This document shows, piece after piece, positions 50,963 to 60,211 of a stretch of DNA of 64,000 bases (position 1 is the first letter of the stretch; each line of letters starts with the position of its first letter). The DNA is from a virus (Duplodnaviria > Caudoviricetes): the IMG/VR virus record IMGVR_UViG_3300013121_000001, positions 1 through 64,000 of that record, one strand, 5' to 3'. Made by a program: the position numbers and the translations under genes. The notes under the pieces are model-generated. The model searched no databases and was not told the origin of the DNA. It was given only the letters and a program-made list of their open reading frames with translations.

Positions 50963-51101
50963 TTATTCTTGGGTTTTGTTTGTTAGAGCTCTTGTCTTCA
51001 ATAAGACTTTTTATAATCCTCATCTGTGACCATATCACAGATATACTTACTATATTTAGTATTAGTAAAAATATTTCTAGTACTGTTAGTTTATATTCCA
51101 T
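50943..51101 (-). CDS. Small membrane protein (52 aa) missed by the ORF track
   Basis: MEYKLTVLEIFLLILNIVSISVIWSQMRIIKSLIEDKSSNKQNPRINDIRSL; TAATG-coupled to the upstream gene. Confidence 0.6.
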   Translation of the reverse strand: MEYKLTVLEIFLLILNIVSISVIWSQMRIIKSLIEDKSSNKQNPRINDIRSL

Positions 51102-51295
51102 TATTTAACTTGTATTACTGTGTTTATTCCATCTTCTTCGATACGCTCACGTATATCGCTTGACGTAAGATCTTTAAAATTAGATCCTTTACATACTACA
51201 CACTTATAGTTACTAACATGATTAATGTTTTCACAATTAATACATAGCTTATAGCTATTCAGAGACTTTTGTATATGTGCTAAATCCACCTGCAT
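51101..51295 (-). CDS. Small zinc-ribbon protein
   Basis: CINC-x10-CVVC. Confidence 0.6.
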   Translation of the reverse strand: MQVDLAHIQKSLNSYKLCINCENINHVSNYKCVVCKGSNFKDLTSSDIRERIEEDGINTVIQVK

Positions 51296-51728
51296 TTTTA
51301 TAACGTTCTTTTAGTTGTGTTTCTATGTGTAATAGATTGTCTGATGTAATATTATAGTAGTTTACATCGTCTATCAACTCTGCTAATGTAGGAGTTTGGT
51401 ATGGATAATTAAACTCTAGTAATTTTCTGAATTGATTCTCAATAATGTGATCTATATCAGATGTACGTTCAATAGTTTCTTTTGGATAGTAATATTTAAA
51501 CTCCCTTGTTAATCTTACCTCAATACTATTTATTAGCTCATCTGATTCGTTGGATATTATATCATAAGCTTTTAACAACGCCTTAGCTATAAAGTTATTC
51601 TCTTTAAATCTATTTAAATCAGCAACATAATTATAGCTGTTCAAATAATTTGCTTTAGCAAGTTCATTCTCATTCTCAAAAAACTCTTTAAGTTTAGATG
51701 CAACTGCTTTAACCTTTCCTACTGACAT
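51255..51728 (-). CDS. Hypothetical helical protein
   Basis: 157-aa ORF downstream of an intergenic hairpin. Confidence 0.6.
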   Translation of the reverse strand: MSVGKVKAVASKLKEFFENENELAKANYLNSYNYVADLNRFKENNFIAKALLKAYDIISNESDELINSIEVRLTREFKYYYPKETIERTSDIDHIIENQFRKLLEFNYPYQTPTLAELIDDVNYYNITSDNLLHIETQLKERYKNAGGFSTYTKVSE

Positions 51729-51759
51729 GCTCTAATCTTTTATATTGTTGTTGTATATA

Positions 51760-51785
51760 GGACAGCGTAGTCTGAAACGCTGTCC
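51760..51785. promoter_or_regulatory. GC-rich intergenic hairpin (terminator or RNA-processing element)
   Basis: GGACAGCGT-AGTCTGAA-ACGCTGTCC in a ~95-nt gap; no strong U-tract. Confidence 0.45.
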
Positions 51786-51823
51786 CGTAAAGTGTTTGGT
51801 ATACTTTCTCAGGAGATACTTTA

Positions 51824-52501
51824 TCATGCCAAAGTCTTTCTATTATTTGGCTCTTTGTTTTCGGTAGTTTTTTCTTTAGCATAGTAAGTTTCTTTTTCCA
51901 TTAAAAACTCTGGAAAGAATCTTGTATCACTAACAATAGTATTGGGTTCTACTGATAGTAGTTTCTCTAGTTTTTTCCATTGATGTTTAAGGGTGTTGTT
52001 ATTTGTTACTACAGCATAAGCTATGCCATCTTTTTGACATAGTTTTTTGTATTCAGGTGTAACTTCATTGTATCTAGATGATGTAATTACATCATAATCT
52101 ACATGGTGCTTATCAGGTATATTATATATGAATATAATATTATTATTGTCGTAATAATAATTACGGCACAGTTCAAATAGATCAGAAAATAAAGAATTAC
52201 CTGTTGCAGTTTTCTTCTTTGATTGATTAAAAGGCACAACGATATATATCTTGTAACGTTTCTCTATTACAGAATCCATCGCATATAGATATATATTTGT
52301 ATTGTAAAATTCAATTTTGATCTTATCAAAAAACTTTGATAAAAACGGTATGAACATTACCGAACTAATATTACCAGCATAGTGTAATATATCTGCTATA
52401 CTACATTGTTCAATTACGTCTTTTAGTGTATCATCATCAGGCAAAATTAATTCTTTTAGATTGGTTCTTACCAGGGGTTGAGTGCTATTGCGCCTGACCA
52501 T
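51824..52501 (-). CDS. Conserved-looking hypothetical protein next to the exonuclease
   Basis: Contains YNIPDKHHVDYDVITSSRYNEVTPEYK; replication-module context. Confidence 0.55.
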   Translation of the reverse strand: MVRRNSTQPLVRTNLKELILPDDDTLKDVIEQCSIADILHYAGNISSVMFIPFLSKFFDKIKIEFYNTNIYLYAMDSVIEKRYKIYIVVPFNQSKKKTATGNSLFSDLFELCRNYYYDNNNIIFIYNIPDKHHVDYDVITSSRYNEVTPEYKKLCQKDGIAYAVVTNNNTLKHQWKKLEKLLSVEPNTIVSDTRFFPEFLMEKETYYAKEKTTENKEPNNRKTLA

Positions 52502-53535
52502 TCTAATTCTTCTTCTTCTTGTTTAGTATAAAACGTTGTTCTATCCTTGTTATGGATACTTTGTTGATATATAAGTTCTTCGATTAAAGTATCAAATCCT
52601 GGTATTACTGGGTAAACTTGAAAGACTTTACTGCCTGTAATAGGACCAGCTATAAAGTGTCTATTGCCTGGAATTATACCATATAATCCTCCTCGTAACA
52701 TTTCTGGGGTACATCTGTATGGCATTGGAGCCACACCTATCTCTTCGTCAAGCGTACTTTCAACAACAAATATGAATGGTTGAATTATAAATCCATCCAA
52801 ATCTATTTGTATCTTAGGACATTCAGCTTCACCTTTTATCAGTGCTTCACATCCCATTGTATATTGTGCTGCTTGTATATCATACCTACGATCTCTAACT
52901 GATTTAGGAAATAATCTTGTAGGTTTAGATAACGTTTTGTAGTCGATTGGTGTAATTGTTTTATTGCGTAAGCTTATGTTTAGTTGATCTAATTCGGCTT
53001 TACATCCTACACCTTTATACGTAAAGTATATGTCAACATGATTATATATTATATACTTATCTCTATCAAATAAATCTTTAATGTGTTTATTAGTAGTTAC
53101 ACTTTGGTATATTCTTACTACTCTATCTAATTCTTCTTCTGTTAAAAGAATATTATCTTTAGTTGTATCAGTAAGTATGTCGTAATACCACTGTACTGTT
53201 TCTCTAAACTTAGGTATGAACGTAGTATCTTTATAGTTAGAGTAGGAATTAGTAGATTCTCTAGCAAAGAGAATATTCTCTTCGGTATCAGGTAAATCAT
53301 TGTCTACTAGAAACTGTACTACTTCGTACATCTTACCCTGTGGTCTTGCCTCAAGCGTACTTACTCTGTCCATTAAAGTATCTAGTCCATATGCTAATGC
53401 TATGTCTACTGCTGTGCCCATAGCGAAGTGTGATTTTCTTGTCTTTGTTCTTTCTCTTTCCTTAAAGAATTTGTGCGGACTGTTTATTAACAGTAAATCT
53501 GATCTACTAATCTCTGGTCTGTCTCTGTAATTCAA
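52468..53535 (-). CDS. PD-(D/E)xK exonuclease (RecE/ExoVIII-like)
   Basis: ISRSDL, FAMGTAVD, CKAELDQL...IDYKT, YDIQAAQY, FIFVVE. Confidence 0.8.
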   Translation of the reverse strand: MNYRDRPEISRSDLLLINSPHKFFKERERTKTRKSHFAMGTAVDIALAYGLDTLMDRVSTLEARPQGKMYEVVQFLVDNDLPDTEENILFARESTNSYSNYKDTTFIPKFRETVQWYYDILTDTTKDNILLTEEELDRVVRIYQSVTTNKHIKDLFDRDKYIIYNHVDIYFTYKGVGCKAELDQLNISLRNKTITPIDYKTLSKPTRLFPKSVRDRRYDIQAAQYTMGCEALIKGEAECPKIQIDLDGFIIQPFIFVVESTLDEEIGVAPMPYRCTPEMLRGGLYGIIPGNRHFIAGPITGSKVFQVYPVIPGFDTLIEELIYQQSIHNKDRTTFYTKQEEEELEWSGAIALNPW

Positions 53536-53872
53536 TTTGTTTTAATATATTTATTAGATCATCAAGCGGTAGTATAGCAAGATTATCTTCATACTTACTT
53601 GATTTCTTATGCAGTACTATAATAGGATAGTCTACCTTATCGTATTCATTTTTTAGTCTGGTGTGAATATCCTTTATTAACTTACTGTAATTTATGCCAC
53701 GAGTATACCCGTTTTTACATTGGATATAGTATGGAACTCTGTCTATATCAACACCACAACTATCTAGTAATCTATTAGATTGTCTTGTTGTTGATGCTTT
53801 ACTAAAGCCTATTGATTTTAGTATACTTACAATATATCGTTCAAACCGATGTCCTTTTTCTCTTACGTCCAT
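53507..53872 (-). CDS. Hjc-like Holliday junction resolvase
   Basis: KGHRFER...GVDI...IQCK...PIIVLHK. Confidence 0.75.
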   Translation of the reverse strand: MDVREKGHRFERYIVSILKSIGFSKASTTRQSNRLLDSCGVDIDRVPYYIQCKNGYTRGINYSKLIKDIHTRLKNEYDKVDYPIIVLHKKSSKYEDNLAILPLDDLINILKQIELQRQTRD

Positions 53873-53874
53873 AA

Positions 53875-54567
53875 TTAAAATGGTAAGTCGTCATCCTCAT
53901 TATACCATGTTATGGGTTCTAATCCATGTCGTATTAATAACTCATTTGCTTGTTGAAATCTAGGTTCAAACTTTAACTCTGGCTGATATGTAGTTGCAGC
54001 TGGGTGTACTGTGACTAAAGCATCATGTCCAATTGGTAGTTCTCCTACTGCATCTAGTGCTTGCTTGCCCCATAACATCCATACAAGATATGGTTTTTGC
54101 TTTAATGTAGAAATTACAGTTTCTGTAAATGGTTTCCATATATGTATGTGAGACCCAGGCTTTTTCTTTTCTACAGATAATGCTGTATTAATTAAGAGAA
54201 CGCCTTGATCTGCTAAATCATAGAAGTTTGTATATCTATAATATCTTTTGTCAAATTCTTTTGACATTGTATCTAGTATGATTCTTAATGATGGAGGTAG
54301 CTTGCCTCCATCTGTAGAGAATGCAAGTCCGTTAGCACTTCCATCGTGATAAGGGTCTTGTTCTACTATTACTACTTTAGTTTTATCATACGAACAATAT
54401 TTAAAAGCGTTGTAAGCTTTATCTGCTGGAGGATAGATTATCTTATTCTCTGATTCTAATGCTAAGTAATCTCTAATCTTATCAAACTCTTCGCTAATTA
54501 TAAAGCTTTCTAATTGTTCATACCACGATGTTCCTAATCTGTCTAACATCAGTTGTTCTAATTCCAT
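53875..54567 (-). CDS. ung: Family 1 uracil-DNA glycosylase
   Basis: KVVIVEQDPYH, ANGLAFS, PPSLR, QGVLLINTALSV, WGK.A, HPA. Confidence 0.9.
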   Translation of the reverse strand: MELEQLMLDRLGTSWYEQLESFIISEEFDKIRDYLALESENKIIYPPADKAYNAFKYCSYDKTKVVIVEQDPYHDGSANGLAFSTDGGKLPPSLRIILDTMSKEFDKRYYRYTNFYDLADQGVLLINTALSVEKKKPGSHIHIWKPFTETVISTLKQKPYLVWMLWGKQALDAVGELPIGHDALVTVHPAATTYQPELKFEPRFQQANELLIRHGLEPITWYNEDDDLPF

Positions 54568-55519
54568 CTAACAAGTTGTTTATTATTGATGTTAAATACT
54601 GTAATCCAAATACTTTTGCTATATCGCTTGGATCTTTTAATTTTTTATCGCCATCGTACAGTGTAGGTAGTATTACATATGGACATGAATAATACTCGCT
54701 GTGTATTTCAGCATTAGTAATGCCAGCATTATCATTATCGTACAGTAATATCATATTTGATCTTGGCATAGCAAGAGCTGTTTCTGAATGTGGCGCATCT
54801 GCCAAGAATCCACATTCTTCTAATACCATTACATCTTTTAATGACGATGTTCGTATTACAAGTTCGTCAGTAACTCCTTTAAATCCCTGTAATTCTTTAC
54901 AGTTAGATCTCCATTTGCTTTTTTTATTTGCAAATGGTCTGTATACTTTATAGTTGTTACTTCCAAAATCGTACACATAGATTGGTTGATGTTCGCTATG
55001 GTTGTATACTTCTATACCATACTTAGTTTCAACCCAAACTGTTTTACAAGGATACACATTGTATTTGTTTAGGGTTTTTTTAGTTATATGATACTGGAAG
55101 AAGTAATCATTATCACTAAAGTCTGAGTATCTTTGATACTTAATAGTACGTGTCTGTACTAATGTGTCTAGATCATATGGTTCTATTTCATTTATTACAG
55201 GTGCTACATCACAATTAATATCAGTATCGTATCCAAGCCCAAGATTATACTCGATGTTTAGATAAGTCAGGGCTTGGGGTAAAGATACCCCAAGCCTATA
55301 TGAACATATAGCAATACAATCTCCGAAGAATCTACTACCATAGTCACAAAACATTAGCACTCCACCACGCATTGTAAACCAACAACCAGGTGTTTTATCT
55401 AATCTAAATGGATTAGTATATCGTATACCAAATATCACTTTAGATTCAAAGAATCTTTCCATTACTTCTATCTGGTTTACTCTTGCTAGTACGTTCTCAA
55501 CTGTAAGTTTCCTATCCAT
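54518..55519 (-). CDS. dnaG: DnaG-like primase (crAss type)
   Basis: N-terminal NPFRLDKTPGC, then SSLKDVMVL, Toprim YDNDNAG and KDPSD. Confidence 0.75.
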   Translation of the reverse strand: MDRKLTVENVLARVNQIEVMERFFESKVIFGIRYTNPFRLDKTPGCWFTMRGGVLMFCDYGSRFFGDCIAICSYRLGVSLPQALTYLNIEYNLGLGYDTDINCDVAPVINEIEPYDLDTLVQTRTIKYQRYSDFSDNDYFFQYHITKKTLNKYNVYPCKTVWVETKYGIEVYNHSEHQPIYVYDFGSNNYKVYRPFANKKSKWRSNCKELQGFKGVTDELVIRTSSLKDVMVLEECGFLADAPHSETALAMPRSNMILLYDNDNAGITNAEIHSEYYSCPYVILPTLYDGDKKLKDPSDIAKVFGLQYLTSIINNLLDGIRTTDVRQIRNIVV

Positions 55520-55520
55520 A

Positions 55521-56402
55521 CTACCAACCTGAGCTTGATGGTTTAGGTCTGTCTATTACAGTGTTTTCTTGTGGCATAGAAGGATTATATTTTCTAAGTG
55601 TGAAGTCACCATTAGAAGTTTTATTGTCCTTCCATGCTCTTTTATCAAGTGCGTCTCTTAGTCTATTATAATTAGTAGTATCTTCACTCATTGGCATGGA
55701 ATATACACTTTGATAACTTGCATCTTCAGTTTCTTTGATACCCAACAAGGCTTTAAATCCTCTTGGATCTCTGTCTTCTCTCTGAAGATTGTCTTTAATT
55801 ATTGAATTAATTTCCTTCACATCTCCCTTAGCAATTTTTATGAATGGAGTTTCTAGATCTATCTCTTGAATATAGAGCCATCGCTCTAATAATGTTAGAA
55901 GATCTTTCTCTCCTTGCATAGCAATGTGTGTTTTAGCATCGTTAAAATCTAATCGAGTCTTTCCTTTTCGTGCTGCTGTATGTGCAGCAACATCTCCACC
56001 AGGAACCCACTCCATCTCACAGCTGTTAGTATTTACATACCACACTCCTTTAACACTTCCATCATCGTTATTAATAATATCTTTCTTGTCTCTTGCCCAG
56101 AAAGAATAGCAAATGTATTCTACATTTGCAGTTTCATCATTTATCAAGTTTTTATGTTGAAATATATTTCCAGACTCATCTGTTGTGTATACAAGTTTAC
56201 ACCACATATCTAGCTTATAACTAGTAGATCCTTGAGGATCAGTAAATGTATACTTGATTGGATTTTCAAAGTTCTTCGCACCTCTTGTTACTAACATAAG
56301 TTGCTCATTGGTTGGATTAAACGCAATAGGCACTAAGTTAGCAACTCCAACAAATAAGTTTCTTTGAAACGATTTCTTTTCTTTACCTTGAATCTTTGCC
56401 AT
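55521..56402 (-). CDS. Putative ssDNA-binding protein
   Basis: LFVGVANLVPIAFNPT..., and position between the ATPase and primase as in crAss-like replication modules. Function is inferred from context. Confidence 0.4.
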   Translation of the reverse strand: MAKIQGKEKKSFQRNLFVGVANLVPIAFNPTNEQLMLVTRGAKNFENPIKYTFTDPQGSTSYKLDMWCKLVYTTDESGNIFQHKNLINDETANVEYICYSFWARDKKDIINNDDGSVKGVWYVNTNSCEMEWVPGGDVAAHTAARKGKTRLDFNDAKTHIAMQGEKDLLTLLERWLYIQEIDLETPFIKIAKGDVKEINSIIKDNLQREDRDPRGFKALLGIKETEDASYQSVYSMPMSEDTTNYNRLRDALDKRAWKDNKTSNGDFTLRKYNPSMPQENTVIDRPKPSSSGW

Positions 56403-56404
56403 GA

Positions 56405-57163
56405 CTAATTACTAGTTTGTGGTGTAATGTTATTAGCCTTATTAATTGAGCTAACGATTAATGAGAAATCATTAGGTATTCTAATATTGTCAAACGTACC
56501 TTCTGGTGTACGACAAGTGTCATTACCATCACCAGCAGTACGTAGATAACCAACAGGTCTTCCATTTACAATATTAACTCCCGAATAAAATGTGTATTCA
56601 GATCCACCTTCTACATGCATTTTTGTAGCCATTCTTCCAAGCACTCTAAGCTTTTGGCTAGTTGTACCTTCAGCATTTCTATATTCTTCAGTGTGTCCAA
56701 TTAAAAATGCTATTGGATTATCATCGAGTTTAATACTAAACTCTGGCGTATCAATGCCTTTCTTCATTGCTTTGACATCGTCAATAATATTAGAGTACTT
56801 TGTAGGAATTCTCATTAATGGTCCCGGTGATACTTTAGTACCGTACAACTCCAGATGATTTGCTGGTCTAGCAAATGTAGGATTCTTTTTATCTGCGTTG
56901 AACCAAACATACTCACCAGGAGTAAGTCCTTTGATTCCAAAGGACTTACCTGAGCCTTCCTTACCAAGTATAAGTACTAATTCAAAGCCTAAATCTTTTA
57001 GACGTTCGATGAACAAATACAAATCAACACCATAGTCTGTCCAATCATCATGTTGTGCCTTGCCTTTCTTCTCTAGAATCTCAGCATGCTGTACATTTTG
57101 AATAGCATTTAGTGTATCTACTATAATAGACTTGATATTGTATTGTTTTTTGTTCTTTGACAT
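56405..57163 (-). CDS. P-loop ATPase (Sak4/AAA_24-like), segment-permuted
   Basis: Walker A GKEGSGKS, Walker B-like IIVDT placed N-terminal to it, FLIGHTE, and RTPEGTF...IPNDF. Confidence 0.7.
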   Translation of the reverse strand: MSKNKKQYNIKSIIVDTLNAIQNVQHAEILEKKGKAQHDDWTDYGVDLYLFIERLKDLGFELVLILGKEGSGKSFGIKGLTPGEYVWFNADKKNPTFARPANHLELYGTKVSPGPLMRIPTKYSNIIDDVKAMKKGIDTPEFSIKLDDNPIAFLIGHTEEYRNAEGTTSQKLRVLGRMATKMHVEGGSEYTFYSGVNIVNGRPVGYLRTAGDGNDTCRTPEGTFDNIRIPNDFSLIVSSINKANNITPQTSN

Positions 57164-57164
57164 A

Positions 57165-57560
57165 CTATTTTTTATTTAGTAATTCGTTATCAAGTTTAAG
57201 TTTTGTATCTGTAAAAGCTGTCATCATAATATAAAACATACTTAGATAGCTTTCTACTAGTTCTTTAATGTTTGCCGCATTAGGTTTGTTATTGATGAAG
57301 TACATGGACTTTCGTTCCATTATCTCATCAAGTATTTTTGGTATCATAAGCATTGCTGCAGCACTCCACGGCTCTGCTTGTATTTGTTTGGTTGAATCCA
57401 AAGGATCCGTTTTTAATCCACCATTCATTGGCATATTTACAAATCGGTACACGAGTTTTAATAACTCTGGATTTATGCCTGGATTGACGGGAGGCGTTGT
57501 AGTTTCAGGTTTTTTGTCTTCCAATTTAAACGTTGATTTTTGGTCTGTAAAGCTAAACAT
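57165..57560 (-). CDS. Hypothetical protein
   Basis: Operon ORF between the helicase and the ATPase. Confidence 0.6.
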   Translation of the reverse strand: MFSFTDQKSTFKLEDKKPETTTPPVNPGINPELLKLVYRFVNMPMNGGLKTDPLDSTKQIQAEPWSAAAMLMIPKILDEIMERKSMYFINNKPNAANIKELVESYLSMFYIMMTAFTDTKLKLDNELLNKK

Positions 57561-58611
57561 AATTAGCGTAGTTTATTGTTTGTGGATTTGGTAGTTCTTC
57601 AAACCAGCTATAGGTAAACCAAGTGCCCACTCTAACTCTGGCCCTACCAAATCTGTTCTTTAATATTGTTAAACTTCTATAACAGTCTGATCTGTCTCCA
57701 AACTTTTTAAGATCATATCTGTTGTGTTCAGTTATACCATATCGTTGTGGCATATCAAGTGCAATTACTACCATATAATCTCTTGCTATAGCCTTGTTAT
57801 CGCCGAGAGTACTTAGACTACATTCATTCTTATTAAACTTATTGTACTCTGCACTTTCACCTTCAGCTGCTTGTTGATGTACTGCACACACTGAATACCC
57901 ATAATACTTAATGCATTCACCAAGTAAATATTCACTTGACATTCTGCCCATACACTTCCTTAAGTCTGAAGTTTTATCTGTAGAATGAAGTAAATTTAGG
58001 TGGTCAACAATTATAATAGTATAATCATTGTTTGATACGTAACTATCAAACTCTTCACCTGGTTCTACCTCTACATCTTTAGAGTAAAACTTACCGTGTC
58101 TTGCTGCATGTTGTCTAATTATAGACATAATACCTTCCGGCGTAGATACACCAGCAAATATTTCTAGCACACTTGCAAGACCATTAAAATACCCACGAAG
58201 CTCTTCTATCTTTGACAAGATAGTACTATCTAATGGAGTATCCAAACTATTTAATTGATTATAATCAACTGTGATATTGTATTTATCAGATAGTTCTGCA
58301 ATTACTAGACTATCAATAAATTGTTCTTTTGTTTCTTCTAAACAGAAATACAATATCTTTAACTTAAAGGCATTGCTTGTCTTTCTATACTTGGTGTAAT
58401 AGTAAAATGGTATTCTTACAAAGAGAAACTTTGTAAGTGGAGTTTTACCCACATTAGTATAGGATGTTACACAATAATAAGTACTCTTTACTATACCTAT
58501 TAAATGCTTTGAAAGTCTTGGTAAAAATTCTTTAAATGGAATACAATTTAAACCTCCAGACTTTGCAACTTCTATACTGTTTTTGTACTGAAGTATTCTT
58601 TTGTCTAACAT
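57553..58611 (-). CDS. dnaB: SF4 (DnaB-like) replicative helicase
   Basis: SYTNVGKT (Walker A), YFCLEE, IIIVDHL (Walker B), VHQQ, ILKNRFG. Confidence 0.8.
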   Translation of the reverse strand: MLDKRILQYKNSIEVAKSGGLNCIPFKEFLPRLSKHLIGIVKSTYYCVTSYTNVGKTPLTKFLFVRIPFYYYTKYRKTSNAFKLKILYFCLEETKEQFIDSLVIAELSDKYNITVDYNQLNSLDTPLDSTILSKIEELRGYFNGLASVLEIFAGVSTPEGIMSIIRQHAARHGKFYSKDVEVEPGEEFDSYVSNNDYTIIIVDHLNLLHSTDKTSDLRKCMGRMSSEYLLGECIKYYGYSVCAVHQQAAEGESAEYNKFNKNECSLSTLGDNKAIARDYMVVIALDMPQRYGITEHNRYDLKKFGDRSDCYRSLTILKNRFGRARVRVGTWFTYSWFEELPNPQTINYANYV

Positions 58612-59132
58612 TACACATCGTATATAGATATATCTTTAAATGTATCATCAGACTTTGTGTACCATTCGTACAAATCCCCAGTCCTTATATCTCTATTAGA
58701 TATCTTACCATCGCCTTGAGGTAGAATAAAGAACTCAGGTTTACGTCCTGTTCTTCCTTTCTCAATGCAGTCTTGTAAGTATCTACGAGTAGCAGTCATT
58801 ACTCTTTCTTTCATATCAGAAGTATTAGATACTTTCGTCATAAACAAATTCATTCTGTCAATACAGTTTTGTTTATTACCTAAACCCATACTTAATCCGT
58901 ATGTATTAAGAATATTGAACAGGTCTCGCCACTCATCTATCCACAATTCTACTGCTTCTAATGGCTTGACCTGTTCGGTTTCTTTCAATAGATAGGCTGT
59001 CTCCTTCATAGGATGTAATCTATCATGTAGCTCTATCTCACCTAGTAAATCTAGGTGTAATAACAAACACTTCATTGCTAATTCATTTGAGTCTACAATC
59101 TGAATTAGTTGTTGCGTTGTTAACATTACCAA
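58611..59132 (-). CDS. Hypothetical protein upstream of the helicase
   Basis: TAATG-coupled to the helicase; contains WIDEWRDLF and ATRRYL. Confidence 0.6.
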   Translation of the reverse strand: MVMLTTQQLIQIVDSNELAMKCLLLHLDLLGEIELHDRLHPMKETAYLLKETEQVKPLEAVELWIDEWRDLFNILNTYGLSMGLGNKQNCIDRMNLFMTKVSNTSDMKERVMTATRRYLQDCIEKGRTGRKPEFFILPQGDGKISNRDIRTGDLYEWYTKSDDTFKDISIYDV

Positions 59133-60052
59133 TTACCTTGGTTTTCTAATATATATATAAATTTCTTTCTGGGTTTTAGCCCAGTGTGTAATTCAAGTAA
59201 TTGAATTAATTCCATTGTACCCTCTACTACATCAGACTTATCGGACTTAATAGTAGATTTCAATATGCTGATAGCTTGTTTTGTATCATCAATTTGTGCA
59301 ACGGTAGAACTTAAATTCGTTACATATCTACCGTCTAATGCTTGGTACTCCTTCAATGCTTCCTCTCTTTGTTCGAGTGCAACTCGAATACGTTCATTCT
59401 TTTCTGGATGCATTAACGATCTCTTTTCAATTGCCTTGATACGTGCAATTGTATTGTTTTTTGTTTTAATCATATCATTGACTTCTTTTAATCTTAAAGT
59501 ATCATCTATCTTTTGCCTTTCAAGTTCTTTAAGATTGTTCTCTAATTCTAACAGGCGTGTTACATTAGTAATTATATTAGTACATATAGGATGTAGTTCT
59601 ATTAACAAATCATTAAGATCTGCTATTGCATTATACAATTTATCCTTATCCTCTACTTCACTATTCTTATCTAATGATAGTAGTGTGTTACCTATTATCA
59701 TCGTAGTAGGATTACCATTAAATCTACGTGCCTTACTACTCCTAGTTATTTTACTTAATACACCAGGTTTAAAGGCAGTGTTAACAGTAATTGTTTCTAG
59801 ACAATCAGTGCACTGTCTAGCTACTAATTCCACTATAGAATACATATCACTTTTAGATTGAAATGTACCTTCTGATTTTATATCAGTCATGTATCTTGGT
59901 ACACGTAGTGGATCTTTTCTAAGTTTTTTCGCTAACTTTTTTCTCTGTGTTAGTCCTCCAAATATTGGAATAGTCAAGAATTTATTCAGTTCTTCAAATA
60001 CAACAGACGCTAATCCTTTATCTATAACACCTGTAGCATCAGCTGTTTTCAT
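59126..60052 (-). CDS. Coiled-coil protein; possibly the C-terminal part of a frameshift fusion with 60184-61257
   Basis: Long heptad regions. The frame stays open upstream to 60268 with no ATG/GTG/TTG. Confidence 0.6.
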   Translation of the reverse strand: MKTADATGVIDKGLASVVFEELNKFLTIPIFGGLTQRKKLAKKLRKDPLRVPRYMTDIKSEGTFQSKSDMYSIVELVARQCTDCLETITVNTAFKPGVLSKITRSSKARRFNGNPTTMIIGNTLLSLDKNSEVEDKDKLYNAIADLNDLLIELHPICTNIITNVTRLLELENNLKELERQKIDDTLRLKEVNDMIKTKNNTIARIKAIEKRSLMHPEKNERIRVALEQREEALKEYQALDGRYVTNLSSTVAQIDDTKQAISILKSTIKSDKSDVVEGTMELIQLLELHTGLKPRKKFIYILENQGNW

Positions 60053-60176
60053 CAGTACAGCAGATACATATTCAATAAAGAATTTATCTTCTTTTAGCTT
60101 TAAATGTTCCGAAACATTTAAAGCAAGTAGCTTTATATCAGCTACAATCTTTTTACTATCCTCTGTTAATTCCTTT

Positions 60177-60211
60177 GGGTTAACTACGGCGTTAACCCCG
60201 GAGGAGGGTTT
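60177..60211 (-). promoter_or_regulatory. Candidate -1 ribosomal frameshift signal
   Basis: A_AAC_CCT heptamer (60211-60205), 6-nt spacer, hairpin GGGTTAAC-GCCGTA-GTTAACCC. Confidence 0.5.
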
